Shown here: positions 23,401 through 36,600 of the stretch, piece by piece
Numbering within the stretch: position 1 is the first letter of the stretch
Layout: each line of letters begins with the position of its first letter
Source of the DNA: Raillietiella orientalis
Lineage: Eukaryota
NCBI GenBank assembly: GCA_036172245.1
Contig: JAYWIR010000027.1
Location: 1,240,001 to 1,304,000 of the forward strand
Direction of reading: 5' to 3'
Length of the DNA: 64,000 nt
The notes under the pieces: generated by a model
What the model was told of the DNA's origin: nothing
What the model saw: only the letters and a program-made list of their open reading frames with translations
Databases searched by the model: none
Position numbers and translations under genes: made by a program

Positions 23401-26400
23401 TCCGTTCCTGGCAACTCGTGTGAGGACGGCGGCGGCGCCATTCGCCCCGCTGCTGCGCTCTTGTTCACTGGACGGGAGGGTGGCAGGGGGGCATCCTGGC
23501 GGGTGAGAGTGCCCGTCGTCCTGGGGCGGAGGGAACGGAGAGAGTGGCGGTGGCTCCGACAGCGGTGGAGGCGCCGAAGACGGGATGCGGAGGAGGGCGA
23601 GAAGCGCTAGATGCGTCGTCTGGCGCATCCCGCAGGATACGCCCGCCCCGGAGGAGCGGGCGCGCGGTTTCCTCCCGCAGGCGCGTGCAGGCGTCCTTGG
23701 TCGCCTGCGGCGTTGCTGCCGCCTCGCAGTCGTGCGGTCCGCGGAGGAGAGCGGGACGCCGTCTGCGTGCTGCTTCGCCGTCGCCTCCTTCCCTCAGGGC
23801 CATCGAAGTGCTGGCGCCATCCTCTCCTCGGTCGATCAGGGACCGTTGCCCGTTCGCTCCGAGGGGCGCGCGGAGGCTGCGGCGATCGTCAGCTCCGGTC
23901 GTTCGAGCGGGAGCGCAACCGAAAGCGCCGCCCACCGGACAGGCATTCCCGGTGGTCGCCGTCTCAGGTGCTCGAGGGTGGGAGGACTGGAGGTGGGGTG
24001 CCACGCTCCAGAGTCCGCGCTCCTTTCCGAATGCGTGCGGGAGCTGGGCGCGGCGCCAAGAGGAGAATATCTGAACGCGCTCAGAATGGGAGTGGGGGTG
24101 TGGCTCAAAGAATTTTGCGTGTTGCTGGAGGGGAACAACGGGTCGCCGGCGTCCTACGAAGAGGCAGATGCGGTTCTTCAGGCTCCCGCGGGAGTGTCTG
24201 CGGGTCTCTCTTCGAGGAGCTGGACCGCTGATGCTGCAGCCCTTGCAACTCCGTTTGAATTTGCGTATCTCCTGTCCGCCCTTTCTTTCTTCTCCTTCCT
24301 CGTCCTCCTCCTCTTCCTTTTTTTCTGCCTCCTTTTCTCCCTCCCCCTTCCTCCCATCCTCTTCACTTCCTCCTCCTCCCCCTCGTCCCTTCCTTCCCAG
24401 CTCCTCTTTTCCATCCTTCCTCCTTTTTTCCTCTACTAGCACCATGACCACAATCGCGAATTCCTCTTCCTCCCAATTCCTGACCTTGAGGGGTGGCGTG
24501 ACGTTTGTCCGAACCCGGTGGAAGTTGCCGGCAGCGCTCTTCCTCCCTCTGCTCCTCTTGCTCGGGCCGTTGCGTTTTCCATCCTTCGTGGCGTTCTTTC
24601 TGAAGGCCATCTGACCAAGAGGCCGCCTTCAGCATCAAACCCCGCGTTCTTTTTCAGATTTGTAGGCAGATCCTCCTCAATCCACGGGACGTTGTCTTAC
24701 AGACGGTACTGTCTGCACCGCGCCCTACACCGAGGAGCGGCGCCACCGCCGTCGCTCCACTCGGAGGCCGCTGCGCCTTCGAAGCCTGGAAGCGTCCACT
24801 GAGAGCAGATGGCAGGGTTTCTCGTGGGTCAGGTCAGGTCGCCCCGACCACGATGATGAGGGACGAGTAACCCTCTGGCGAGGTCACCGACGCGACTGTC
24901 TTCGTGCACATGCCGGTCCCTCAGTCTCCTCGCAGCGCTGCGACGTTTCCCGACGGCGAGCTCGGCCTTCACCGCTTCTCCTTCCCTGTTCCTGGCAGCC
25001 GCCCGCCCCTCCCATCTTCCCGGAAGCGTTCCTCCGGATCCGACGTCCGCAAGCGCGAGAGCTGGAGCCACTTCCCGCGCTTTCGACGACCAGAACGAAG
25101 CATCGATGACAGCAATCACGGCAACGGCGAAGATGACGGTGGCAGCGATGTGGACGATGGAGCCGAGGATGCTGACCACGGTGTCGCCGTATGCCGACAG
25201 GCGGGTCGAGACGTCCCTTCTGGCGACGTCTCGGGCCGCACAACCTGCCCGGCGATGACGGCGACTTCCCTGCAGGCGGCTGCTCTTTCGGGCGGCTGAC
25301 CTCTGCGGGTCCACGGTCCGTCCCGAAGGGGCGCAGCGTGCGGGTCCGGGAAGGCGCCTGCGGGAGCCAGCGACGGACCACCAGGATCGTCGGAAAGCGG
25401 GATGTGTGCCCACCGATGGCCGAAGAGAGCGTGGATGGCGGAAAAGCGAGCGCGCCTCAGGCAGGACCGGGGCGAGACAGACGCCGGAGAAAGGACGCTT
25501 CAAGCTTGCATGGGGAGGGAGGTCACCACCAGGTCGCGTGCAGATTTCAACCCGAGGCGTCATGAAACGTCTCTCGTGGCGAAACTTCCGCATCCAGGGA
25601 TGACTTTGCGGTGCGTTGGTCAGCTTCAAGACTCGGGGCATCTTCCGCTGACGAAGGCGAATGCCTCGGGCACGAGGGGATCCAGTCGAGCCGGTGGAGG
25701 GCGACTTGACGTTCCAGTCGAGCGGACGTTGCCGCACCAGGCATGGCGCCGGTCTCCGGAAGGTGCCAAAGAAGAAACGAATCTCCTGGTCCCACCCACC
25801 TTCGGCGGGTGCCCCAGAAGCCGGAGTGGAAGGACACGGAGACCTCGGATCGAGGGAGGGCTTCCCTTAGACACCATCCCTCAATGAGCGCGTCCCGGAA
25901 GGAGGGTCGAAGCTGGAGAGAAGAGAGCGCGGAGAACAAGGGGGATGGGGGGGGGGGGTAGTCGATCCTAGCCAGACGTTTCCATAGCGGACGCCATTGC
26001 TCACGTCACTGGTCCATTCGTCAACGCCGTCGGAAGCTGCAAGAGGGAGAGAGGAGAGGGATGACCTTCCATCAAAGGAGCCTGCGACCGCAGGAGCAAT
26101 CGTCCTAAGATCTCTGGGATACGGGGATGCGGCGAATGATGGAGTGTTTTGGGAATTGGGAATTCCCGGGCGACAGGGAGAGCGCGTCAGGAAGGAGACG
26201 CCGTTGCCGAGCGTGCAGCATTTCCCGGATGTGCATCGCGCCCTCGAGACGCATCGCCGTGGGGATGAGTTGTGGAGCACCGGGAGGCAGAGGTGGTTGC
26301 ACAGGCGCCTCCTCCTTTGCTCTCCCCCTCTCTTCCCTGGAGCCGCCCTCTGCGCACTAGGAACGATCAGCCCAGGTCGAGGCCCCAGCCGCGGGTCGGG

Positions 26401-27544
26401 GCGGCGCGGGCGTGCGAGAGGAACGTGCTCAGGACCACCGTGGAAGTCGCGACTTCCTGCCTCTGCATGCTAAAGGGCGCAGGGAGGGGCGGCTCCTCCT
26501 GCAGAGGGGAACCCCACGCGAAGACCCCCAGGTCCTGCGTCGGGCAACGCCGCGCGCCGGGTCATTCCGGTCGCGCCCTCCGACCGCGCGACGACCGGCG
26601 GGCTCACGCTGAGACAGCCCGGCGCCTCGTCCTTTCTTCCTCTTCTCCCGTACCTCCCGCGCGTGGTTGCTGACTGAGCACGCGCGGAGCCTCGGAGGAG
26701 GCGTGAGACGCCGTCATCTTGGAGACCAAACCTGTCTCCGGTTCGCGCCGCGCGAGGGGCGCATCTTCGTGCGGAACGCCTGGAGGCAGGATGGCATGTG
26801 CTCCGACAGCTTCGGGCCCGCAAAGGAGCAGAGGCAGGCGCCCCGCCGGCAGCTTTTCGGCACGGTCCTCACGTCACCACGGTCTACCGGACCCGCCGTC
26901 TACGGCGCTTCCGGCTGGAGCGCCTGCTGGGCGTCCGGGATGCTGCAGCAGCGCGTGAAGCCGGCGTCGGCGGCGACGACCACCGGAAGCCCCTCCCTTT
27001 CTGCGAGGGCACGGGCACTCTCTGACTTCGCTGGCGTCCTTATGGGGGTGGGCAGGACGCCCCCGGAAGGAAGAAGAAGCGTCTGAGGTTCGCGGACGGA
27101 GCCACGGAGGTCATGGGGTTTGGAGGCGGCGGCAGCGGCGGCGAAGGGGATGCTGGAGGCGAGGAGTCGAAGACAGCCAGGCGGAGGAGGAGGAGGATTG
27201 GCCCCTGGAAGCGCGCGTCGCGGGTAGCAAGCGACTCCATCAGGAGTTTCGGGAGCCCGACGACTCGCCAGCATGACGATCGCCGTCTGGTGAACAGCAC
27301 TCGAGGTGTAGCCAGTTGCGGGTTCGTCCGCTGCGCGAGCGAGCGGTGACCACCGTCGATGGTGCGGGCCGCGTGAGCAGAGGGTAGTGGAGGGGCAGAG
27401 GGAGTCCCTCGAACCTCCGTCTCTGCATCGGCGGGCTCGGGTCTGTCTGATTGCCGGGAGGCCGCGACCTGGCACTCCGCACCCTTAGGCTGTGAGGACG
27501 TACATCGAGACCCTCCCTGAGGCGTCGTCCGGCGATTCCGCAGC

Positions 27545-27990
27545 CCTTGTAACTCTCCCTTCGTATTCGCTTTCTTCTCCTTTTCTTCCTCTTCATTTCT
27601 CCTTCCTTCTTTTCTTTCTGTTTTCTCCGTCTCCTCAGTCTTCCACTTTTCTCTTGGTCCTTTTTCTTGGCTTCCTCATTCTGTTGCTTATTTTTGTTTC
27701 CTCTTCCTTTGGCTCGTTTTTCCTTTTTACCCCATTGCTCTTCTTCCTTCCTTTTTCCTTCTGTGTCTTCCCTCCCTCCTCTCTCTCTTTCTCATCTTTG
27801 TCTTCTTTTTCTTTATGTTCGTCTTCGTCTTCTTCTTCATCATATTCCTCCTCATCTTCTTCTTCATGCTGTTCTTGATCGTCATCTTTTCATTATTCTC
27901 CTTCATCATCATCTTTCATTCCTCCTCTTCTCCTCTTCGTCCTTCTTTTGTCTTTTTTCTATTGCGTCATCATGATCGTCGTCTTTCCTG
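27545..27990. repeat. Pyrimidine-rich (TTC/TCT/TCA) low-complexity tract
   Basis: Degenerate TCT/TTC trinucleotide runs that generate spurious Ser/Phe- and Lys/Glu-rich ORFs. Confidence 0.9.
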
Positions 27991-28044
27991 GACTTTCGTC
28001 CTGTTTACTGCTACGAGGGGAGAGGGCGCACAGAAGAGGAAGCG

Positions 28045-28250
28045 GGTTGCGCCCTTCGGCTAGGTGCTCGCGCGGTGACTTTTCATCCGGCCTCGTCGGA
28101 GAGGAACGCGACGCGTGGACAGATCGAGCCGCAGACCGACCGAATCGACCACCGCGTCCCGTGCTCGTCAATTCCGTGCATGGCTGAGTGGTGGAAGGCG
28201 TGTGGACCGACCCCCTCCAAAAGTCGTCACCGCGGGCGTTCTGGTTTGAC
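28045..28250 (+). repeat. Unclassified dispersed repeat, copy 1 (homologous to 32535-32720)
   Basis: Shared blocks in the same order: TTCATCCGGCCTCG, GCAGACCGA, CGCGTCCCGTGC, CGTCAC.GCGGGCG..CTGGTTTGAC. Confidence 0.8.
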
Positions 28251-28679
28251 GTCTGAGTCGCTCCCTCATTCGGAAACCCCTCCCATCTTTAGCGGATCTT
28301 CTCTAGAGGCAACTTACGACCGATTCGAAGTGAGGAGAGATTTTTTGGTTTTCTTTCCTGGATTACTCAAAGTTTTGCTTTGGAAATTCCCGCGTTTTCG
28401 TTTCGTCTCCTTGACTTTGCCCGCTTCCCTTGTCTGGATGTGGACGTGGAAGGCAATTTTCTGCAGCATTCCGCGCCTCATGGACAATTTTGGTGTTTTT
28501 TGCCTCCAGCGATGGGCTTTGCAGGTTGTCTTTGCGGAGGGGAAGAAGGCTTAAGTTCCGGGTGGACGCGAGGGCACGGCGCTTGACGGGACGCTGCTGC
28601 AGGTCTGACCCCAAGTCCTGCTCTTGGCCGTAGCGCGACAGCGTACGAGGGAAGGCTTCACAGAGCGAGCTTCGATGGA

Positions 28680-30260
28680 TTTTCACCCGGGTTCGCCTGG
28701 GGTGCCCGTTTCTTACAATAGGGATCAACAATGCATGGGTGATAGGGTCATCGGTCCTACCACGTCCAGACAATGAGGAACCTGCCGTGAATGCGGTGCG
28801 CAGACCGGGAAGAGTGGTCTCCACAGCAGAGGGGAAGGAAGGGAACCAAAAATAAAAGTGCAAATATACGAATAGAGACATACAAAGTACAATTATACTT
28901 GTAGATAAAGTCACTTTGGGGGCTAGAGGAAAGGAAGCCTGCTGGGGCACGCCGTCCTCTGCATTCTCTTGAAGATGCCGGCAAGTTCGTTTTGCATATT
29001 CTTTCAGATGGGACCATCTCATTGTCCTCCGCTTAAAAAACGCGAGGCGAAATGGTTCCTCTGAGGGCGTCGCTTCGCTTGCAGGAGACCCCGAAGCACA
29101 GCGTCGGTCTTGCGCGCCGCCATGAGAACCCAGGCAAGAAGTGTACGTAGCGGACGTGGATTGCAGAGGTGCGGAGTGATCCCACGGTGGCCAGGATCCC
29201 AGCAGGAGACTCCGCAGAGGTTCGCAAAATGGTGCCAAGGATTCGGTGGGTCGCCCCAGTCGTTCTTTTACCTCCTCCTCCTCTTTTCTTCCCTCCTTTT
29301 AATAGGCATTCTTTCACGCGATGCTGAGGGGTCTCTCTGACCGGAAGCTATCGCGTCCTCCACTCCTGAAGATCGCACTCTCAGACACCATCTCCTGAGC
29401 AAAGTCAGTCCCTTGGAGCAGCCGGACGCAATCCTGGCAAGAAGTGGATGAACCACGTGAAGCGGAGACCCCATGGGCGCAAGCATTTGTGCCTGGACCT
29501 TGCAGAGGTTCCCTGAGAAGTGCCCGGAATTCGGTAAGTCTCTCCTAGTAACAGGAAGAAAAAAAAAAAAAACAGGGCAAGGAATGTTCCCATTTCACGT
29601 GTTGGGAGCACACCCCTCGGAGAACACCCAGACTGCGTCTCTGGCAGTGACACTACGCCACGCCCGGCATGCGGAAGCAAATTGCTTTCGTCTCGGCGAG
29701 TCTTTTTCGACTCGAAGGGCGTGGGGGCACAGCAGGTGCTGCTGCAAGCGCTGGGAATGGGAACATTCGGTATGGCGCCCCAGCCTCGCTCCAGACCCAC
29801 TTCGAGCAGCTGCTGGATCAGAATTCTTGAAACTTTGGCGCCGCTGAAAGCCTCCCTGATTTCCCAGAGCGAAAGATGAAGTGCAATCAAGTCGGGACGT
29901 GCTTGCAGTGCATTCAGAATTGAAGGCCGATCCAGAGGGGTGTACGGGTGGCGCAGTTTCTTGAGTAAGATCGGCCAGGCGCCATCGGCCTGGAGTGTCC
30001 GAACGGAACATCCCATTTCTTTCACGCCATCGGGAAACGCAAGAGGCAGCCGCGGCCGCTCGATTTCGGACACCGCGCTTCTGACACCCAAGCAACTGAC
30101 GAAAGTGACGTCGTAATCTGTGGTGCAGTTCCTCCGAAAGACTCCCACAGAGGAGGGACCTCCAGTCTTCGATAGGGCCGCGACACCACTGCCATGCGAA
30201 AAGGATGCTCTGCGTTGTCCAAGTTTAAGGCAACGAAACGGGAGAGCATCATTCGGGGAA
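28680..30260 (-). mobile_element. 5'-truncated, decayed LINE remnant just downstream of the DPP4-like gene
   Basis: C-terminal peptide MRWSHLKEYAKRTCRHLQENAEDG matches the family. The 3' UTR carries the CCGGT-CTGCGC-ACCG hairpin and the GGGTGAAAA terminus. Confidence 0.7.
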
Positions 30261-30405
30261 GCTAATTACTTCAGGGGTTACGTCACGATGTTCCCGCTTG
30301 CTTTGGCACACGAACTGGAAGAGCAGGAGCAGGAGGAAGAGGAAGAAGAGAAGAAAGAGGAGGAGGAAGCTTGTTGAGTTATTGAAAACGCCTCCAGCAT
30401 GCTTG

Positions 30406-30411
30406 TTTATT
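30406..30411 (-). terminator. Candidate polyadenylation signal (AATAAA) of the DPP4-like gene
   Basis: TTTATT on + strand, ~130 nt downstream of the TAA stop at 30542-30544. Confidence 0.55.
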
Positions 30412-30541
30412 TTCACGCGAGAGTTCTTGAAGAGGATGCGCAACGTGCACAATCGTGGAACTCCCGACTGGATGTGCGTGCGCGGGGCTCAGGCAGAATG
30501 CTAACACGAAAAGGACTTCTTTCTTCCAGGGAATAGCCAGG

Positions 30542-30646
30542 TTATTTCAGTTCATTCAGCGAGAAGCAGTCGTTCCAGAACTGCTCCATCGAGTGGAATA
30601 GATGTCGCCTGAGCGCGTAGATCCTGTGGTCTTGATCCGGGTACGT
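30542..30646 (-). CDS. DPP4: DPP4-like terminal exon with catalytic His (TYPDQDHRIYALRRHLFHSMEQFWNDCFSLNELK*)
   Basis: Polypyrimidine tract plus CCAG acceptor, phase 0; YPD..H...HL...M..F...CF pattern; TAA stop. Confidence 0.95.
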   Translation of the reverse strand, partial: TYPDQDHRIYALRRHLFHSMEQFWNDCFSLNELK

Positions 30647-33600
30647 CTGGAAGAGAAGAAGAAAGCAAGAAAAACAACCGCCCACCCTCCCACACACACA
30701 AAGCGTGCGATCGATTATCAGTCGAATCCTCGAGGAAGAACAAGGTATTCTGTCCACTCCTCTTTTGATTTTTTTTCCTCCTTATAAGTGTGCCTTTCTT
30801 CCTTGAAACTTCGTGAACCACAAGCGCAAGAAGTGGGGACTGTCTGTGCACTATACGGTGACTGTATTTACGCAAGTGCTGTGCGTGCAGCAGGGCATGG
30901 GCGGCAGGGAGAGGTGCGCTCAGAAGGTGTGCATGCGGAACACGAAGAGACTCCACTGTGCAAATTTGGCTCCGAAGCAGTCCAATTACGTCGCGGCAGC
31001 TGTGCGTTTGCGTGCTGCAGCCGGTCACGGTGTGGCATGCGGGCGAAGGAAAAGCGGCGCTCCCGCGCGGCAAAACGAAAATCTGTGCCTCCGCTCCCGG
31101 AAGACGGGATAGCGGCCACGCGCAGCAAGGGGAACGGCTAGACATCTGGCGTCGCGCCGTTTCAGGGGAGGCCGCAGCGCGGTGGAGGCGGTTTCAGGGG
31201 CAGGCGGCGCAGGGCGCAACTTCCGCCTGTCGAAACACTATAAAACACCTGAAGAGAACGTTCCCGCACGTCGCGAGAGGCGCTGCTGTCGGATAAAAGC
31301 TTCCCCTCAGGCAAACGGTCGGCACACTACGATGGACGAGGGGCAGACTCGTGCGTCCAGCAGAGCACCCCGTTCTCCCTCCGCCTCCCCCGAGTACACG
31401 AGAGGGGGATGAGTTCTGGAGCTCAGTTCTTGCGCGGCAGGGTACACTCAGGAGCAGTTCGGCCCCGCAAGTGAGGAAGCTCGGCTGCCGGTCTCGGAGG
31501 GCAGAAAGGAGGGCAAGAACGATCCTGCTGAACCGGATCGCTGGACCCTCATCTTTCGCCACAACCCGCGCGCCCGGGCCTACGCTCTTTGCCAAAGGGC
31601 ACCCTGTGTCTGCTGGATGCGCGGACCGCTCTCGGAGAAGAAGACCCGGGAGGTCACCAGTTGCTTTTTAAAAGGCCAGTAGCGACCCCACGAGGAGATC
31701 GTTACTATTGGCCTAGGGATGATGGAAATCCTTTTGGGTGGGTTCTTTTCTGTCTTCGCTGTTTTTTCCTTTCCAGCATTCTTTTTTCAGGTTCGCTAAG
31801 TACCTCAAGAGCCGGTTGCGTGCCTCGCGGCGCACGTGGTCCCCCCTGAAGCAGGAAGAGGTCTGCTCCTTTAAACAACTGGAGAGGTGCCTGTGAAGGC
31901 TCCTGATCCATCTTGAAACCAGAGGGATCCTCCGGTGAGGGGGATCCGCTCTCCGTTGCACGACAGGAGGAGGAACTCCCCACTCCTTGATTCCTGGAAG
32001 GACCCGAAGGTCGACTCCCATTGCTCCGACCGTCATCGGGGACCTCTGGCTTAAACCACCATCGGTGCCACGCCCGAATGATGAGGCCAACCAGCGCCAT
32101 TAAGGAGAAACCCGGAACCCAACGACGCAGTGGCGTCAGTTTCTGTCGGAGTATTGGAACCCGCGACGCATGGTGCCACGCACAGAAACCTTAACCACAA
32201 AGCCTCCGACACGGGCTAGGGGGACTGGTGAAGAACGGTCGGGTCCCTGTTCTCCCCCCTCCTCCCCTTCGAGTGCTCGGAATCTTCCCGGCCTGGGGAT
32301 ACGGAACCACAGACCGAATGAACAAACGTTCGAGCAGGGAGAGGTCCAGAGAGTCCTTCCTCGGGGCGGTCGGAGAGAGTTGTCCCCCTTGCGGTGAACG
32401 ATGGGTGCTGAGGAGATGGTCGAGGCGGCTCTACAGACCACACATCCCCCCTTTCCGATTTCTTAACCAGCAACATGCTAACCGTGGGGAGGAGGGGGAG
32501 GCATGAGGTGGAACAGAGAGCAGGAGGTTGATTGGTTTGCGCCCTCCGGCAAGGAGCACGCGCGATGATTCTTCATCCGGCCTCGACGGAGGCAACGCTA
32601 TTCAGGAGCTGCAGACCGATCAAATCGGCCAACGCGTCCCGTGCACGTCGATCCCGTGCGTGGCAGGAGCGTGGGCCGACTACCTCTAAACGACGTCACT
32701 GCGGGCGCCCTGGTTTGACACCTTCGCGCCCGTGGAGAGGTGCGCCCGTGCCGCTCCCCCCATCCAAGAACCCCTCCCACCTTCAGCGGCAGTGGCCTCG
32801 CCCCCTAGAGGCACCCGAGCCTCCTCCATCTCTCCTAGCCCACGGCTCCAAGGGAGAAGATTTTTCCCGCACTCCTTCCATTTTGGCGGCCGTGCCTCCA
32901 TGAGGACGTCCTTAAACCCGGCCCACCCGAGCGGACTTGCCCTTCCGACCCGCTTTGTGGAGAGCGGGAAATAGGCACCCCCCGTAAGTGCACAGTCCGC
33001 AGAGGAACAGCAGACAAGCTCGGTCCCGAAGTCCTCGAGGGGAGGCATTCGCAACCGAATGGGTCCAGAGGAGGCGGCACAGCATCTCCCGCTTGCTCGT
33101 TTCCTTCTCGCCGGCCAGACTCCTTTCTGTTTCCGTTTCCGGGAAAACGGATGGCGCCGAACGGTGCATCGCTTTCCCGAGGGAGGAGCAAACGCGCGGC
33201 CGCTGCCAGGAGCGCCGAACCAACTTTCCGGAGATTGGGACGTTTTCCGTAGACACTGGATATTCCGTAAAGGAAGACTTCCGCAAGCAGGAAGGGAACT
33301 GGGATGCCCTGGAAGCCTCCGAGGGACTCTCAGTAGCTGCTCCTATCGAGAAAAGCAGACATACAGGATGCTGACTAGATCTGCGAAGTCACTTCTCGGA
33401 GGCCTTTCGCATAGACCCCTCCTTTCAGACCGACCTCACCCCATGTTCAGACCTCGATCTAGTTGGCGGTTCGCCACTGTGGTTGAGATCGCAGAGATGG
33501 ACTCTGCTCCTGCGGTCTGAAGAAGGCTCCAGACTCTCGAGCACTACTGTCTTCAAGGACCCTTTTTTTTTATCTTCGTCAGGCCCAGTCTTTCGAGTTT

Positions 33601-36600
33601 CCATGGTTGCCACCATCCATGCTGTCCACAACAAACCCCATACCAAACCACCACATGCCCCCTTTCTACTCCCGAAAGCGAGCCACAGTGCAGACTGGCG
33701 GTCGGGACCTCGGAAGGAGGGTGGTGGTCACTCGTGGAGCGCTGCACACGGAGCGGTGGGAACAAAGCAGGTCTCCGCGAAGCAAACGAGGAATGTCAGC
33801 GGGGGAAAATCTCGCGCGAGGCGGTTGGACCGGGAAAAATGACCTTACCAGGGATGCACCGTCTGCGGGAACTGGGCGAAATCGGTTTCCCGGCAATCCG
33901 ATCGCAAGAACTCGAAGAGTGCCCCTCCCTCCTCCCCGAGGAGGAGGAGGATGAGGAAGCACACTGCAATGCCCCAGCCCAGGCAAAGATAGCTTTGAGC
34001 CAGCGGATGGGCAGGAGGCGAGTTCTCCACGAGTGCAGGATCCGCGCCACGTGACCGTCCGTGAGCTCTGCGATGCGAGGCGGTCCACATCTGGAGATGG
34101 CACTTCCGCTCCGCTCGACAGTTCTCGGGTTACCCGTCGCATGTCTGCTGCTGGTTTCGCGGAGGCGAATTCCTCGACATCGCGGGGTTCTCTCCGGGGT
34201 AGCACTCGACACTGCAGGACCCACTTTCCGTTCGGAGCCGTCCTCTTCACCAGCGGAGACCACAGCGTCCGCCAGCGCGGAGCAGTCACTGCCAACTTAT
34301 TGTAGGCAGTGCCAAACGGTCCGCGAGAGACGCGAACCGACTTCTGAGATTGCGCGCTGGGGAGGCGGAAACTTCAGCACACACCTTGGTGCACAGCGAC
34401 CGCTCATTGCCAGAGGGTTGCCAAGTCTGGCGCCGTCTTGCATGGGGAGGCTCATGCGCACTGGCGTGGGATCGGGTTCCCCTTTAAGATTCCGACAGGT
34501 GGAGACGAGGATCGATCGAAAGTCTGCCCGGACATCTCTGGAGGCCGAGCTCCCAGACGATTCTCAGACTACGCGGGAGTGGAGCGCCAACAGCAGTTTG
34601 CGCATCTACGTGGGTGTGGATCCTTCATGGACCCCACATTGTTGCTGGTGGTTCTACCGAGGAATCGGAAAGATCGACAACGAGTGTTGAGTTCTCAGGA
34701 AGGAACGCTCGGCATCCTTGGTTCCCTCTTGGTAAAAGCGGACAAGCGGTGGATCCGCACGTATCTCAGGCGTTGGGGCAACAGTGCCTCCGGAAAACAG
34801 CAGATCTGAAGAACATCAAATCGAGGCACGGAAGTTCCAGGGACTCTTCGTGTCCCGCCTAAAGTTCAAGGGGGAACCAGGTGCCGACAAAAGATTCGTT
34901 AAAAATCCCAGCATGGACCCCCGGCCACTAGGACGAGGAGAGCGATTTTCCTGAGGTCCTTCTGCGATGATGGGGCAACACCCAGGTGCAGACGGACTCT
35001 GCTCGCACGAAAGGAACGAGGGACAGGGGCAAAACGACGGACAACATTGCGAGACCACGACCCGATCCCACGGCGCAGACGAAGCTGGGGCGTTCCCTTA
35101 CTCCTCATCACAAGACGAGCGGAGGCGACAAGCGAACACGCAGTTCCGCCGATTACCTCAGGAGACTCGGCTAAACGCACACCAGTCGTCGGCATCCAGG
35201 CAGAAGTTCCGGATGGAATCCCAATCAATCGTTCCCTTTTCCCTTTAGGTCATACAGGGAGGCGAGAGCGGCACGTGCAATCCAACCACGGACAACGGGT
35301 GAGCATTCTGTAGTCGAGGCCGCGGCAGCAGGGGGAAGGAGATTTTCTGGGCTGCAAAGGCAGACGACCCGAAGGGCCACAAGACGAACGGTCCCAATTC
35401 AGTTGTCTGGACACCCGGAAAGCTCCAGGGTGCTTACAGGAACACGAATTTCCGGTGCCCAACTTCACCAGGTCTTTGTCCGAACGCCTCGTTGCGTTGG
35501 TGTGAATGCGGGGTATATGTGCGCCCAACGAAGCAACACCTTGTTGAGGATGGACGAAGGTCTGCCTCCACTTCCGCGGAAGTTGAGGTAGACCCCGGGC
35601 TCCTGCTCTAAGCGACTATTTCTTTCGCCTTTTACTAAAGAACCTCTCCTCACACTTTAACGCGAACGCGTTCCTCTTCCTGCCGCCTAGGAGTGGCTGC
35701 CGGGAGAGGTCACCAAGAGGAAGCTGAGAAGAACGACGCTGGAGTCCCATGGACCTTCTCGAACGAACGGACTACTGCAACACTTCGAACCATTTTGGGG
35801 ATCGTTTCGTGACGCGGTTGACATGGTTGCAAGGATCCGCTTTCTCTTTTGGAATCGCCTTTTGGAACCGCAAAATCTTACGCAATACCTTACCAGAATT
35901 GTTCCTCCGTGTTCTTTGCGTTGATCGTTTTTCTTTCTTTTCTTTGTGTCTGTGCCTCTCTCTGTGTGTGTGTGCCTCTTGTGTGTCTGTTTATCTGTCT
36001 CTGTGTGTCTTTTTTGTGTGTGTCTGTCTGTCTGTCTCTCTCTCTCACCTGTGTGTGTGTGGGGGAAAACAGCAAGGGTATCGAGGGTCAGATTTACCTA
36101 CACGCACACCCACCTGCTGTAGGAAAGGTACGTCTGCTAGCTCCAGGGATCGTGACAAAAACATGGAGTGTTGGTAATGCACATTGTCGTCTGCTGTTCC
36201 ATGGATCAAGTAAAACTTCTTGTTCCGAAGCCTCTCCGCCAGCCTGAGCACGTCGCTCGCGTTGTAGGCTTCAGCGTTCTCTTCCGGGAGTCCCATGAAC
36301 CTCTCCGTGTACGCGGAATCTTTTAGTTGTGAGGAGAAGGGGAGAACGGACCCAGTCGTTACGAAGACGACGAGCAACAGACCCCCCTCCCCTCCGTTTT
36401 ACCGTACAGAAGCCAGTTGGTGACGGGAGCAACGGATATGCCACACTTGAACACGTTGTGCACATCCTTGGCCAGCGACATGGCGGTGTTGTACCCGCCG
36501 TAACTCCAGCCCCAGATCCCCACGTTATCCTTGGCGAAGATCGGGAACCTCTCGAGGATTCCCCTGGAATCGAACGTGCAACGGTTCAAACCACTCGCTC

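Larger units (their letters stand above)
13601..25621 (-). repeat. Right arm of the giant inverted repeat
   Basis: Starts TTACCGACCTGCGTGTCAAGG (13601), the reverse complement of the left-arm inner end. Paired coordinates sum to ~25611-25622 throughout, so only small indels separate the arms. Confidence 0.98.

Noticed and set aside
1..25621. Palindrome as a Polinton/Maverick, foldback or other giant TIR transposon
   Set aside because: No polB, integrase, capsid or transposase is visible in the arms or spacer; recognisable arm content is ordinary LINE debris.
27240..27330. PHD-finger-like WLHLEC peptide on the minus strand
   Set aside because: The other PHD cysteines are missing and there is no exon context.
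31390..31640. hAT dimerisation-domain-like traces (DEFWSSV...; similar hints at 7500-7690)
   Set aside because: Too degenerate to support without an HMM search.
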